Below are positions 52,475-60,583 of a stretch of DNA of 64,000 bases, piece after piece. Below the pieces are notes generated by a model. The model saw only the letters and a list, made by a program, of their open reading frames with translations, had not been told where the DNA came from and did no database searches. Where the stretch lies: contig CAZJSY010000001.1 in the NCBI GenBank assembly GCA_964548555.1, positions 18,905-82,904 of the forward strand. Direction: 5' to 3'. A program made the translations under genes and the position numbers. This stretch comes from an uncultured Burkholderiales bacterium (lineage in GTDB: Bacteria; Actinomycetota; Acidimicrobiia; IMCC26256; JAMXLJ01). How positions within the stretch are numbered: the stretch's first letter is position 1; each line of letters begins with the position of its first letter.

Positions 52475-53280
52475 CAGACTCTCGACGCCGTACCGCCGTG
52501 TGCGGTCTCCTCTTCGCCGTCGCGTCTGTATCGCTCACGCTCACCGGTTGCAGCACCGGGACGAATCCACGCGCCGCGCGCCAGTCCGCGTCGACGACGC
52601 GGATACCGCCGTCGCGCGGATCACCACCCGCGACCGTCCCAGCCAGATCCGCGGTACCCGTGCTCTACGGCCGATCGGTTCAGGGCCGTCCGGTCTCCGG
52701 CGTTCACTGGCAAGCGGCACATCCGCGTGCGCGAATCGTGGTGTTCGGGTGCATCGACGGCGACGAGCCCGCAGGCATGGCGATCACCCGTGTCCTGACC
52801 ACGCTCGCGCCGCCGCCCGACGTGGACCTGTGGGTCGTCGACGACCTGAATCCCGACGGCGTGGCCGCGGGGACGCGGCAGAACGCCCACGGTGTGAACC
52901 TCAATCGCAACTTTCCGTACGCGTGGCGCGCGTCCGGCCGTCCCTGGGACACGGAGTACCCGGGCCGGTCACCGTTGTCGGAGCCCGAGAGTCGAATGGC
53001 GTACGACCTGCTCGAGCTCGTGCGCCCCACGGTGACGGTCTGGTACCACCAGCACCAGACCCTGGTGGACGACTCGGGAGGTGACCGGGCGGTGGAAGCG
53101 CGCTACGCCGCGCTGGTCGGCCTGCCGTTCCGCCGCCTCACCCGCTATCCGGGCAGCGCGGCGAGCTGGCAGAACGCGATGCTCGCACCCACGACGGCAT
53201 TCGTCGTCGAGCTACCCACGGGTCCGCTCGCCCCTCCCGACGTGGCGCGTCACGCCGGCGCGGTGCTCGCGCTTCCGTAG
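52471..53280 (+). CDS. M14 (MpaA-like) carboxypeptidase-fold lipoprotein with atypical first metal-ligand position
   Basis: GTGA overlap with the epimerase stop. Lipobox LTGC. NPDG..GVNLNRNF motif. The expected HxxE reads DGDE (CIDGDEPAG). Confidence 0.7.
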   Translation: MTDSRRRTAVCGLLFAVASVSLTLTGCSTGTNPRAARQSASTTRIPPSRGSPPATVPARSAVPVLYGRSVQGRPVSGVHWQAAHPRARIVVFGCIDGDEPAGMAITRVLTTLAPPPDVDLWVVDDLNPDGVAAGTRQNAHGVNLNRNFPYAWRASGRPWDTEYPGRSPLSEPESRMAYDLLELVRPTVTVWYHQHQTLVDDSGGDRAVEARYAALVGLPFRRLTRYPGSAASWQNAMLAPTTAFVVELPTGPLAPPDVARHAGAVLALP

Positions 53281-53349
53281 CCGATCGCTCCGCCCCCCTC
53301 GTGGCGAGCGGGTACGCTCCGCCTCACTTCTTCGCGAAGGGGGGCGCCC

Positions 53350-54576
53350 GTGTCGGTGTCAGCGCGGACCAGCGAGTCGCCGATCGAGTTCGACCCGTTC
53401 TCCGATGTCTATTTCGACGACCCGTACGACCTGTACCGTCGCCTGCGCGACGAGGCGCCCGTGTTCTTCAGCGAGCGCTACGGCTTCTGGGCCCTCTCCC
53501 GATACGACGACGTGGTGGCCGCGCACAAGGACTGGCAGACCTTCTCGAGCAGTCATGGCGTCGATCTCCACACGATGGCGTCGGATCCCGAACTGATTGC
53601 GACCTACCGCAGCATCATCATGATGGACCCGCCCGCACACGATCGTTTGCGGGCCCTCGTGAGTCGCGTGTTCACACCGCGCGCCGTGCAGGCGTTGGAG
53701 CCGATCGTGCGCGAGGTGATCCTCTCGTTCCTGGAGCCGCTCGACGGGCGTGACACCTTCGACGCCGTTGCCGAGTTCTCCGCGCCGTTCCCGGTCGAGA
53801 TCATCTCGCGGATACTGGGCGTTCCCGAGCAGGACCGGCAGCAGATTCGCATCTGGCTCGACGCGCAGCTCCACCGGGAGCCCGGGCAGATCTCGCCCAC
53901 GAGTGAAGGTGAGGCCGCGGGACTCGCCTCGGGCGCGTACTTCTCCGAGCTCGTGGGGGAGAAGCGCCGTCATCCGGGCGACGACATGATCTCGCGGCTC
54001 ACGCAGGTCGAGGTCGACCGGGGTGACGGTCAGATGACGAAGCTCGACGACGTCGAGATCGCCGGTTTCGCCACGCTGCTCGGTGGTGCCGGAGCGGAGA
54101 CCGTCACCAAGCTCGTCGGGAACGCCTTCGTGCTGTTCGCCCGGCACCGTGACCAGTACCAGACGGTGATCGAAGACCCGGCGCGGATCCCGCCCGCCGT
54201 CGAGGAGATCCTCCGGTTCTGGCCGCCGTCGCAGTACCAGGGCCGCTTCTCGCTTCAGGACTCCGTGTTCCACGGCATCACGCTCACGGCCGGCCACCCG
54301 GTGTTGCTGATCACCGGATCCGCGACACGAGACGAGCGCTTCTATGCGAATGCGGACACGTTCGACATCGGCCGGACACCAGGCCAGGCGCTCGGCTTCG
54401 GTCTCGGCATCCACAGCTGCCTCGGCGCGGCGCTCGCGCGCATGGAGAGCCGTATCGCCATCGAGGAGATGGTGCGGCGTTGGCCCCGCTACGAGATCGA
54501 CGAGGACGGGCTGCGCCGGGTTCACATGTCGAATGTCGCCGGCTTCTCGAACGTCCCCGTGCACGTGACGCGCTGA
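53350..54576 (+). CDS. Cytochrome P450
   Basis: Haem-binding FGLGIHSCLGAALA, EEILRF (ExxR) and an AGAETV I-helix. Confidence 0.9.
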   Translation: MSVSARTSESPIEFDPFSDVYFDDPYDLYRRLRDEAPVFFSERYGFWALSRYDDVVAAHKDWQTFSSSHGVDLHTMASDPELIATYRSIIMMDPPAHDRLRALVSRVFTPRAVQALEPIVREVILSFLEPLDGRDTFDAVAEFSAPFPVEIISRILGVPEQDRQQIRIWLDAQLHREPGQISPTSEGEAAGLASGAYFSELVGEKRRHPGDDMISRLTQVEVDRGDGQMTKLDDVEIAGFATLLGGAGAETVTKLVGNAFVLFARHRDQYQTVIEDPARIPPAVEEILRFWPPSQYQGRFSLQDSVFHGITLTAGHPVLLITGSATRDERFYANADTFDIGRTPGQALGFGLGIHSCLGAALARMESRIAIEEMVRRWPRYEIDEDGLRRVHMSNVAGFSNVPVHVTR

Positions 54577-54591
54577 CGAGGCGGTGCCGTC

Positions 54592-55413
54592 GTGGCTGAC
54601 GTGCGTACGGCGCTCACCACCGGAGCCAACTCCGGCATCGGGCTCGCGACGGTGCTGGAGCTCGCTCGACGTGGATTTCGCTCGGTCGGCACGGTCCGCA
54701 GCCCGGAAAAGGCAGAGCTCGTGATGTCCGCCGCGGCCGAGGCCGGAGTAGAGGTCGAGACCGCACTCCTCGATGTCGTTGATGCCGAACGCTGCGCCGT
54801 GGTCGTCGACGAGTACCGCCCCGACGCGTTGGTCAACAACGCTGGCTACTCGGTCACCGGTTCGATCGAGGATGTGAGCGACGGCGAGGCGCGGGCAGCT
54901 CTCGAGACCATGACCATCGCTCCCGTCCGTCTGGCTCGGCTCGCGATCCCGCACATGCGGAGCCGTGGTCGAGGACGCATCGTGAACATCTCGTCGATCT
55001 ACGGTCGCGTCACGACCCCGTTGACGGGCTGGTACCAGGGTGCGAAGCATGCACTCGAGGCACTCACCGACGCGTTGCGAATGGAAGTCGCGCGTGACGG
55101 GATCCGCGTCGTTCTCGTCGAGCCGGGTGGCTTCCGCACCGGCATCTGGGAGGAGACGGAACGCGAGATCGCGAAGCGGCCCGGATCCCGTTACGAGCAC
55201 GCGTACCAGCGAACCTTGACGACGACGCGGCTGTGGCAGCCCTTGATGGGCGATCCCGTGCGCTGCGCGAAGGTCGTCGGCACCGCGCTCACGACGCGCT
55301 GGCCCCGCGCTCGATATCTCGTCGGGTACGACGCGCAGGCATTCGCGGTCATGTCGTCGATGACACCGACCGAGATCAAGGACCGGGTCGTCCGCGCCTT
55401 CATGGCGCTCTAG
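54592..55413 (+). CDS. SDR family oxidoreductase
   Basis: GTG start. LTTGANSGIGLA, NNAG and YQGAKHA motifs. Confidence 0.9.
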   Translation: MADVRTALTTGANSGIGLATVLELARRGFRSVGTVRSPEKAELVMSAAAEAGVEVETALLDVVDAERCAVVVDEYRPDALVNNAGYSVTGSIEDVSDGEARAALETMTIAPVRLARLAIPHMRSRGRGRIVNISSIYGRVTTPLTGWYQGAKHALEALTDALRMEVARDGIRVVLVEPGGFRTGIWEETEREIAKRPGSRYEHAYQRTLTTTRLWQPLMGDPVRCAKVVGTALTTRWPRARYLVGYDAQAFAVMSSMTPTEIKDRVVRAFMAL

Positions 55414-55419
55414 GAACGG

Positions 55420-58278
55420 TCAGGCGTTGCTGCGCTTGATCGCGCGTTCGTCGGTACCGAGATACGACGCGACGACCAGTGGATCCTCGCGAACGACCTC
55501 GGGCGTGCCTTCGGCAATGACGGCGCCCGCCTCCATGCAGTAGATCCGGTCGGAAATCGCGAGGATCAGCGGAAGATCATGCTCGACCAGGATCAAGGTC
55601 GCCCCCAGCTCCTGCTGGACCCGTTTGATCAGCGGTCCGAAGGCTTCGGCCTCGCGTTGCGCGACGCCGGCGGTCGGCTCGTCGAGACAGAGCACCCGAG
55701 GAGCGACCGCGAGCACCGTCGCCAACTCGACGATGCGCCGTGTTCCCGTCGACAGTTCGGCGATGAAGCGATCGGCATACCGGCCCAGCCCGAGGAAGTC
55801 GATCAGCTCGGCCGCTTCGGCACGCTTCGAGCGTTCCGCGCGAACAGCCGGAGGAAGCCAGAGCAGCGAGCCCCAGAACGACGTCGCTCCACGCGCTTCG
55901 AGCGCGAGTTGCACCGTCTCGCGCACCGTCAGCTCCGGGAAGAGCGTGGCCGCCTGGAACGTGCGCCCGAGACCCATGTGCGCTCGGCGGTGTGCGGGGA
56001 GGTGTGTGATGTCGGAACCGAGCAGCTCGACCGGCCCGGTACTGGGCACATAGCCGCCGATTGCGTTGAGCAGGGTCGATTTCCCCGCCCCGTTCGTGCC
56101 GATGAGTCCGATGACCTCTCCGGGGAACGCGCGGAAGTCGACGGAGTCGACGGCGACGATGCCCCCGAACCGGACGCTCAGGCCGGTCGCCGACAGGACG
56201 CTTCCGTCAGCGTTGAATCCGGCAATCTCCCGTCGGGCGGCGCTCGTGAGTGACTGAGGCGGCGCGGTCAACGTCTTCGCGGGTACCGGAGGAAGTCGTT
56301 TCTCGAGCCAGCTCACGATGGAGCTGCGCAGCCAGTAGCCGATCTGGGTGAAGCCACCGGGGATGTACAAAAGGATGATCAGCAACCCGATGCTCGACGT
56401 GAAGAGCGGTACGGTCTTGTTGCTGGGCCAGAACGCGGGCAGGCCGATGACCCACAACGACCCGGCCACCGCACCCGCAAGGCTTCCGAGGCCTCCGATC
56501 ACCGCGAGCGCGACGACGGTGAGTGAGTCCTCGATGCGGAAGAACCGGTCGGTGTACCCGATCGTCACCGCGACACCACCGAGCACCGCTCCTCCGAGGC
56601 CGGCGACGAACCCGCCAACCGCGAACGCGGTGAGCTTGGCTCGGGTCGGTGACACCGAGAAGGCCGACGCCGCGGGCTCGTTCTCCCGTACTCCGATGAT
56701 CACGCGACCGATGCCGGTGCGACGGAGGTGGCCGATGAGCACCAGCACGACGACCAGGGCGCCGAGCGTGAAGTAGTAGTAGTTGCGGTTCAGGTGCGCG
56801 AGGTCGATCGGACCGAGCTTCCCTCGTTGCAGCTGCACCGTGAGCGAGCCTTCGGTGCCTGCGAACAAGGGTCGGGGGAAGATGTACGCCTGCGCCGCGA
56901 TCGCGAACGCCATGGTGCTGATCGCGAGCAGGAGGCCTTTCACACGAAGGGCGCCGATGCCGATCACGACGGCGATGACGCAGGCGACGAGCGCGCCGAG
57001 AACGAGCGCGGCGACGAACGGCACCCTCGGAAGGTGACCTTTGATGATGCGGGTCGATCGAAAACCGATGTTCAGCGAGACGCCGCGGACGAAGGCGGCC
57101 GCGCTGAGCGCGCCGATCCCCGCAAAGGCCATTTGTCCGAGTGACAGCTGGCCACCCCACCCGGTGAGCACGGTCACCGAAACCGCACAGATCGCGAACG
57201 CGAGGATGATCGCGTACGTCTGCTGATGGAACGACTCGGTCGCCACCAACGGCAGTACGAGCGCGAACACGAACCCGATGACGGCCACCAGCTGTGGCAT
57301 GCGCCGAACCCACCAGATCTGCCGGAGGCGTTCGGGCACGGGCGGCACCCGCGGCGCGAAGGCGAAGCTCTCCGCACCTGAGTCGTCGGCCCGGCTCATG
57401 CCGGCCACGAGGAGGAGCACGAGAACGAAGAGCACGAACTGCACCAGACCGACCGTGTTCGGGAAGTTGTAGACGAGCAGCTGATACAGGACGCCGACGG
57501 CGGCGGCGCCGCCCACCGCGCGCGGAAACGACCGCATGCCACCGATCAGTGCCGCGGTGAGGCCGAGGAGCAACGTCTCGGGCCCGATCGAGACGAGGTC
57601 GGACGAGCCCTGTTCGGTCGCGTACAGGATGATCGCGACCGCAGAGAGGCCTCCGGCGATCGTCCAGATCGCGGTCGACATCAGCTTCGGGCTCACGCCG
57701 GTCAGCCGCGCGAGATCTGCATTGGTGGAAGTGGCCCGCACCGCGAGGCCGAAGCGCGTGCGACCGAGCAGCCACCACAGCACCGCGGCGATCAGCGGTA
57801 CGACGATGATGGCGAGCAGCTGTGAACCCTTGATCGTCACGCTGCCGAGGTGCCACTGGTTGGTGATGGGGCTCGGGAACGCAGTGCGCAGACGACCGGT
57901 CTTGTAGCCGGGCAACGTGAGTGTGATCGCGCGCGCGAGCTCCGCCACGCCGATGGTCGCGACGAGCACGATGACGCGCGGTGCACGGAACAGGCGCCGG
58001 ATCACGGCCAGCTCCACCAGCGCGCCGGCCGCGGTACCGACCAGCACGGCGAGGAGCAGGGAGGGCCAGTACGGCCAGTGCGCCCTTCCCGCCATGACGG
58101 CGAGCAAGGCCGCGCACGGCACACCGAGGTCGCCGACCGCGAAGTTGATCACGCGGCTCGAGCGGTACACGAGCACGATTCCCATCGCGATCAGCGAGAC
58201 GATCAGGCCGCGAACCAGGCCGATCACCAGCAGGTTGGCGGTCCAGATGTGCGGCTGCAGGATCGAGGCGAGCATCAT
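55420..58278 (-). CDS. Fused branched-chain-type (HAAT/LIV) ABC transporter: LivH-like permease + LivM-like permease + LivG-like ATPase
   Basis: ATG 58278 (MMLASIL) overlaps the upstream stop (ATGA). Two permease blocks are followed by Walker A GTNGAGKST, the signature LSTGTRR and Walker B VLCLDEP. The 5' 211 codons of the 1163-aa ORF were rejected. Confidence 0.85.
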   Translation of the reverse strand: MMLASILQPHIWTANLLVIGLVRGLIVSLIAMGIVLVYRSSRVINFAVGDLGVPCAALLAVMAGRAHWPYWPSLLLAVLVGTAAGALVELAVIRRLFRAPRVIVLVATIGVAELARAITLTLPGYKTGRLRTAFPSPITNQWHLGSVTIKGSQLLAIIVVPLIAAVLWWLLGRTRFGLAVRATSTNADLARLTGVSPKLMSTAIWTIAGGLSAVAIILYATEQGSSDLVSIGPETLLLGLTAALIGGMRSFPRAVGGAAAVGVLYQLLVYNFPNTVGLVQFVLFVLVLLLVAGMSRADDSGAESFAFAPRVPPVPERLRQIWWVRRMPQLVAVIGFVFALVLPLVATESFHQQTYAIILAFAICAVSVTVLTGWGGQLSLGQMAFAGIGALSAAAFVRGVSLNIGFRSTRIIKGHLPRVPFVAALVLGALVACVIAVVIGIGALRVKGLLLAISTMAFAIAAQAYIFPRPLFAGTEGSLTVQLQRGKLGPIDLAHLNRNYYYFTLGALVVVLVLIGHLRRTGIGRVIIGVRENEPAASAFSVSPTRAKLTAFAVGGFVAGLGGAVLGGVAVTIGYTDRFFRIEDSLTVVALAVIGGLGSLAGAVAGSLWVIGLPAFWPSNKTVPLFTSSIGLLIILLYIPGGFTQIGYWLRSSIVSWLEKRLPPVPAKTLTAPPQSLTSAARREIAGFNADGSVLSATGLSVRFGGIVAVDSVDFRAFPGEVIGLIGTNGAGKSTLLNAIGGYVPSTGPVELLGSDITHLPAHRRAHMGLGRTFQAATLFPELTVRETVQLALEARGATSFWGSLLWLPPAVRAERSKRAEAAELIDFLGLGRYADRFIAELSTGTRRIVELATVLAVAPRVLCLDEPTAGVAQREAEAFGPLIKRVQQELGATLILVEHDLPLILAISDRIYCMEAGAVIAEGTPEVVREDPLVVASYLGTDERAIKRSNA

Positions 58279-60479
58279 CCGCCTTCTGTCCCGAAGAAGA
58301 CGGCGCGTGCCAGGTCGTCGCGCAGCAGGAGATCGCTGGCCGCGCCCTCGAACTTGACCTGGCCCTTCTCGAGGAAGATGGCGCGGTCGGAGATCTCGAG
58401 CGCGACGTTCAACGACTGCTCGACGATCACCATCGTCTGGCCGCGCGCGCGTAGCTCGTCGACGACCTGGAGCATGCGCTGCACGACGACGGGTGCGAGG
58501 CCGAGCGACAGCTCGTCGATGAGCAGGATCTCGGGCTGGTGGATCAACACGCGCGCGAGCGCGAGCATCTGCTGCTGACCCCCCGACAGGCTGAGCGCGG
58601 GTTGCTTGCGGCGTTCGTCGAGCTCCGGAAAGACCTCCATCACGACATCGATGCGGCGGTCCACGTCGGCTTTGCTCCCGCCGCCGAGCCAGGAGCTCAC
58701 GGCGAGGTTCTGGGCGACGGTGAGGCTCGGGAACACGCCCTTGCCCCCGGGTAGCGAGACGATTCCGAGCTTGACCCGCTGCTCCGGCGCGACGTAGGTG
58801 ACGTTGCGTCCGTTGAGCCGAACGACGCCGCGCTCGGGCACCTCGAGCCCGCTCACAACCCTGAGGATCGTCGACTTCCCTGCACCGTTGGTGCCGAGCA
58901 GGGCCACGCACTCGCCGCGGCGGATCTCGAAGTTGACGTCGAACAGGACCTGCACCGGTCCGTACGAGAAGTCGACGTTGACCACCTGCAACACGGGTGG
59001 GGCCTGGTGCAGCTCGTGTCGCTTACGGTGCTCGTCCTGTTCCTCCAACAGCTCCTCGACGACGAGCGACAGGTCGTTGCGGATGAATCGGGCGCCGTTC
59101 ATCAACAGCAGGCCGCCGATGATGCTCGTGGGCACGCCGAGCGCGATCACGGTGGCGCGTACACCGATCGCGTCGGTGAAGAAGCCGGAGACGACACCGC
59201 CGCCGAACCCGCCGATGAAGAAGATGTACATCGTCGCCATCGCCGTGCCCATGCCGCGCAGCCTGTAGGGGACGACCGCCTGCAGGACGGGGGCCGTCAT
59301 CGCGAACGCCGCGGTCGTCAGCACCGCCTGCGGCACGCCCAGGATCCAGAACCATGTGGAGCTGTGCACCGAGTACTGGATGGGTGTGAAGACGGCCGAC
59401 GGCAGGATCAGTGCGCCGACGAGCGCCAAGGCCTTGGCCGGGTTCTTCCGGTAGACGTTGTCGAAGTAACGCCCGACGAAGGGCAGTATCGGGAGCGCCG
59501 CGATACCGGAGAGGCTCAGGATGAAGCCCCGTGTCAGGGCGTGGTGGATGTGGAGGGTGTCGTTCAGGTAGAGCGACGCCAGCTCGCCCTGGGTGAACAG
59601 GCCGAACCCGAGGGCGCAGAAAGCCACGAGCACGGTGCGGATCGTCGCGATCTTCTTCAGCCGGGCGAACGCGGACTCCATCGAGATGGGCGCAGGGTTC
59701 TCGTCTTCGATCACCTCGCCGAGGACGTCGTCCTTCTCGAACTGGCCCCGCGGCGGTTCTCGCATCGCGAAGGCGCCGAGTGCCACGACGGCCACCGGGA
59801 TCCCGAGCAGGTACCACGCCCAGCGCCAGCCCTCCGGGCCGCCGACCCAGGTCGCGATCGCTGCAGTGAGCACCGGACTCACGAGACCGATCCCGTGCGC
59901 GCCCATCTGCATCGTGGCGGCCATCCGCGCCCGGATGCCGATCGGATAGTTGTCGGCGATGAGCGACTGGTGCACCGGGATGCTGTTCGCCTTCGCGATG
60001 CCGGTCGCGAAGCGTGTCCAGAACAGCATGAACGCGTTGACCGCGAAGCCGGAGAGGAACACGAACCCCGCGAAGAACATGCTTGCGACGCCGACGATGG
60101 GCACACGCCGAACCCGGTCTGCGAGCCATCCCATCGGGACGGCACCGAGGACGAAGAAGGCGGCCGACGCCGTCCCGATGAAGACGATCGCGCCGCTGCT
60201 GATGTGCAGGCTGTGGCGGATCTCGGGCCCGAGCACCTGGATCGCCGCACTCTCGAGCTCGTCGAACGCGAGCAGGAGGCCGAGCACGACGAACATCAGC
60301 TTGCCGCCGCTCCGGAAGGCCTCGCGGAAGCCGATCGGCTCCGACTGCACGCCCGGGAGCAGCTCGTCGGGGAAGATCACCTGCTCTTTGGCCCGCGCCT
60401 GCGCCTCCTGGCGCGCGGCCTCCTCGTCGAGGACCGCCGCCGCGAGGCTGGCGACGTCTCCCTGGCGCGTCTCCTCCAC
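58275..60479 (-). CDS. MFS-like 12-TM domain fused to LivF-like ABC ATPase
   Basis: The N-terminal ~480 aa are polytopic with an MFS-like loop motif (GWLADRVRR). The C-terminal ~245 aa carry Walker A GTNGAGKST, LSGGQQQ and Walker B LLIDELS. Confidence 0.8.
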   Translation of the reverse strand: MEETRQGDVASLAAAVLDEEAARQEAQARAKEQVIFPDELLPGVQSEPIGFREAFRSGGKLMFVVLGLLLAFDELESAAIQVLGPEIRHSLHISSGAIVFIGTASAAFFVLGAVPMGWLADRVRRVPIVGVASMFFAGFVFLSGFAVNAFMLFWTRFATGIAKANSIPVHQSLIADNYPIGIRARMAATMQMGAHGIGLVSPVLTAAIATWVGGPEGWRWAWYLLGIPVAVVALGAFAMREPPRGQFEKDDVLGEVIEDENPAPISMESAFARLKKIATIRTVLVAFCALGFGLFTQGELASLYLNDTLHIHHALTRGFILSLSGIAALPILPFVGRYFDNVYRKNPAKALALVGALILPSAVFTPIQYSVHSSTWFWILGVPQAVLTTAAFAMTAPVLQAVVPYRLRGMGTAMATMYIFFIGGFGGGVVSGFFTDAIGVRATVIALGVPTSIIGGLLLMNGARFIRNDLSLVVEELLEEQDEHRKRHELHQAPPVLQVVNVDFSYGPVQVLFDVNFEIRRGECVALLGTNGAGKSTILRVVSGLEVPERGVVRLNGRNVTYVAPEQRVKLGIVSLPGGKGVFPSLTVAQNLAVSSWLGGGSKADVDRRIDVVMEVFPELDERRKQPALSLSGGQQQMLALARVLIHQPEILLIDELSLGLAPVVVQRMLQVVDELRARGQTMVIVEQSLNVALEISDRAIFLEKGQVKFEGAASDLLLRDDLARAVFFGTEGG

Positions 60480-60535
60480 GTACGTCCCGTCTCGAGCCGA
60501 GCTCGGTCGCTGACCGGAGTGGTCGGATGCTATTT

Positions 60536-60559
60536 CACCCTGACGCGCGTGTCAGGTGG
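60536..60559 (-). other. Intercistronic hairpin after the substrate-binding-protein gene
   Basis: CCTGAC pairs with GTCAGG (6-nt loop), extended by CAC/GTG with a 1-nt bulge. Lies between the SBP stop (60584) and the MFS-LivF start (60479). Confidence 0.4.
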
Positions 60560-60583
60560 ATGAACTGTGGATTTCCGACTTCG

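Noticed and set aside
58279-58911. N-terminal 211 codons of the 1163-aa ORF 55420..58911.
   Set aside because: The extension is Arg-rich nonsense that overlaps the LivF-like ATPase domain in another frame. The ATG at 58278 forms a classic ATGA overlap and starts a proper permease N-terminus.
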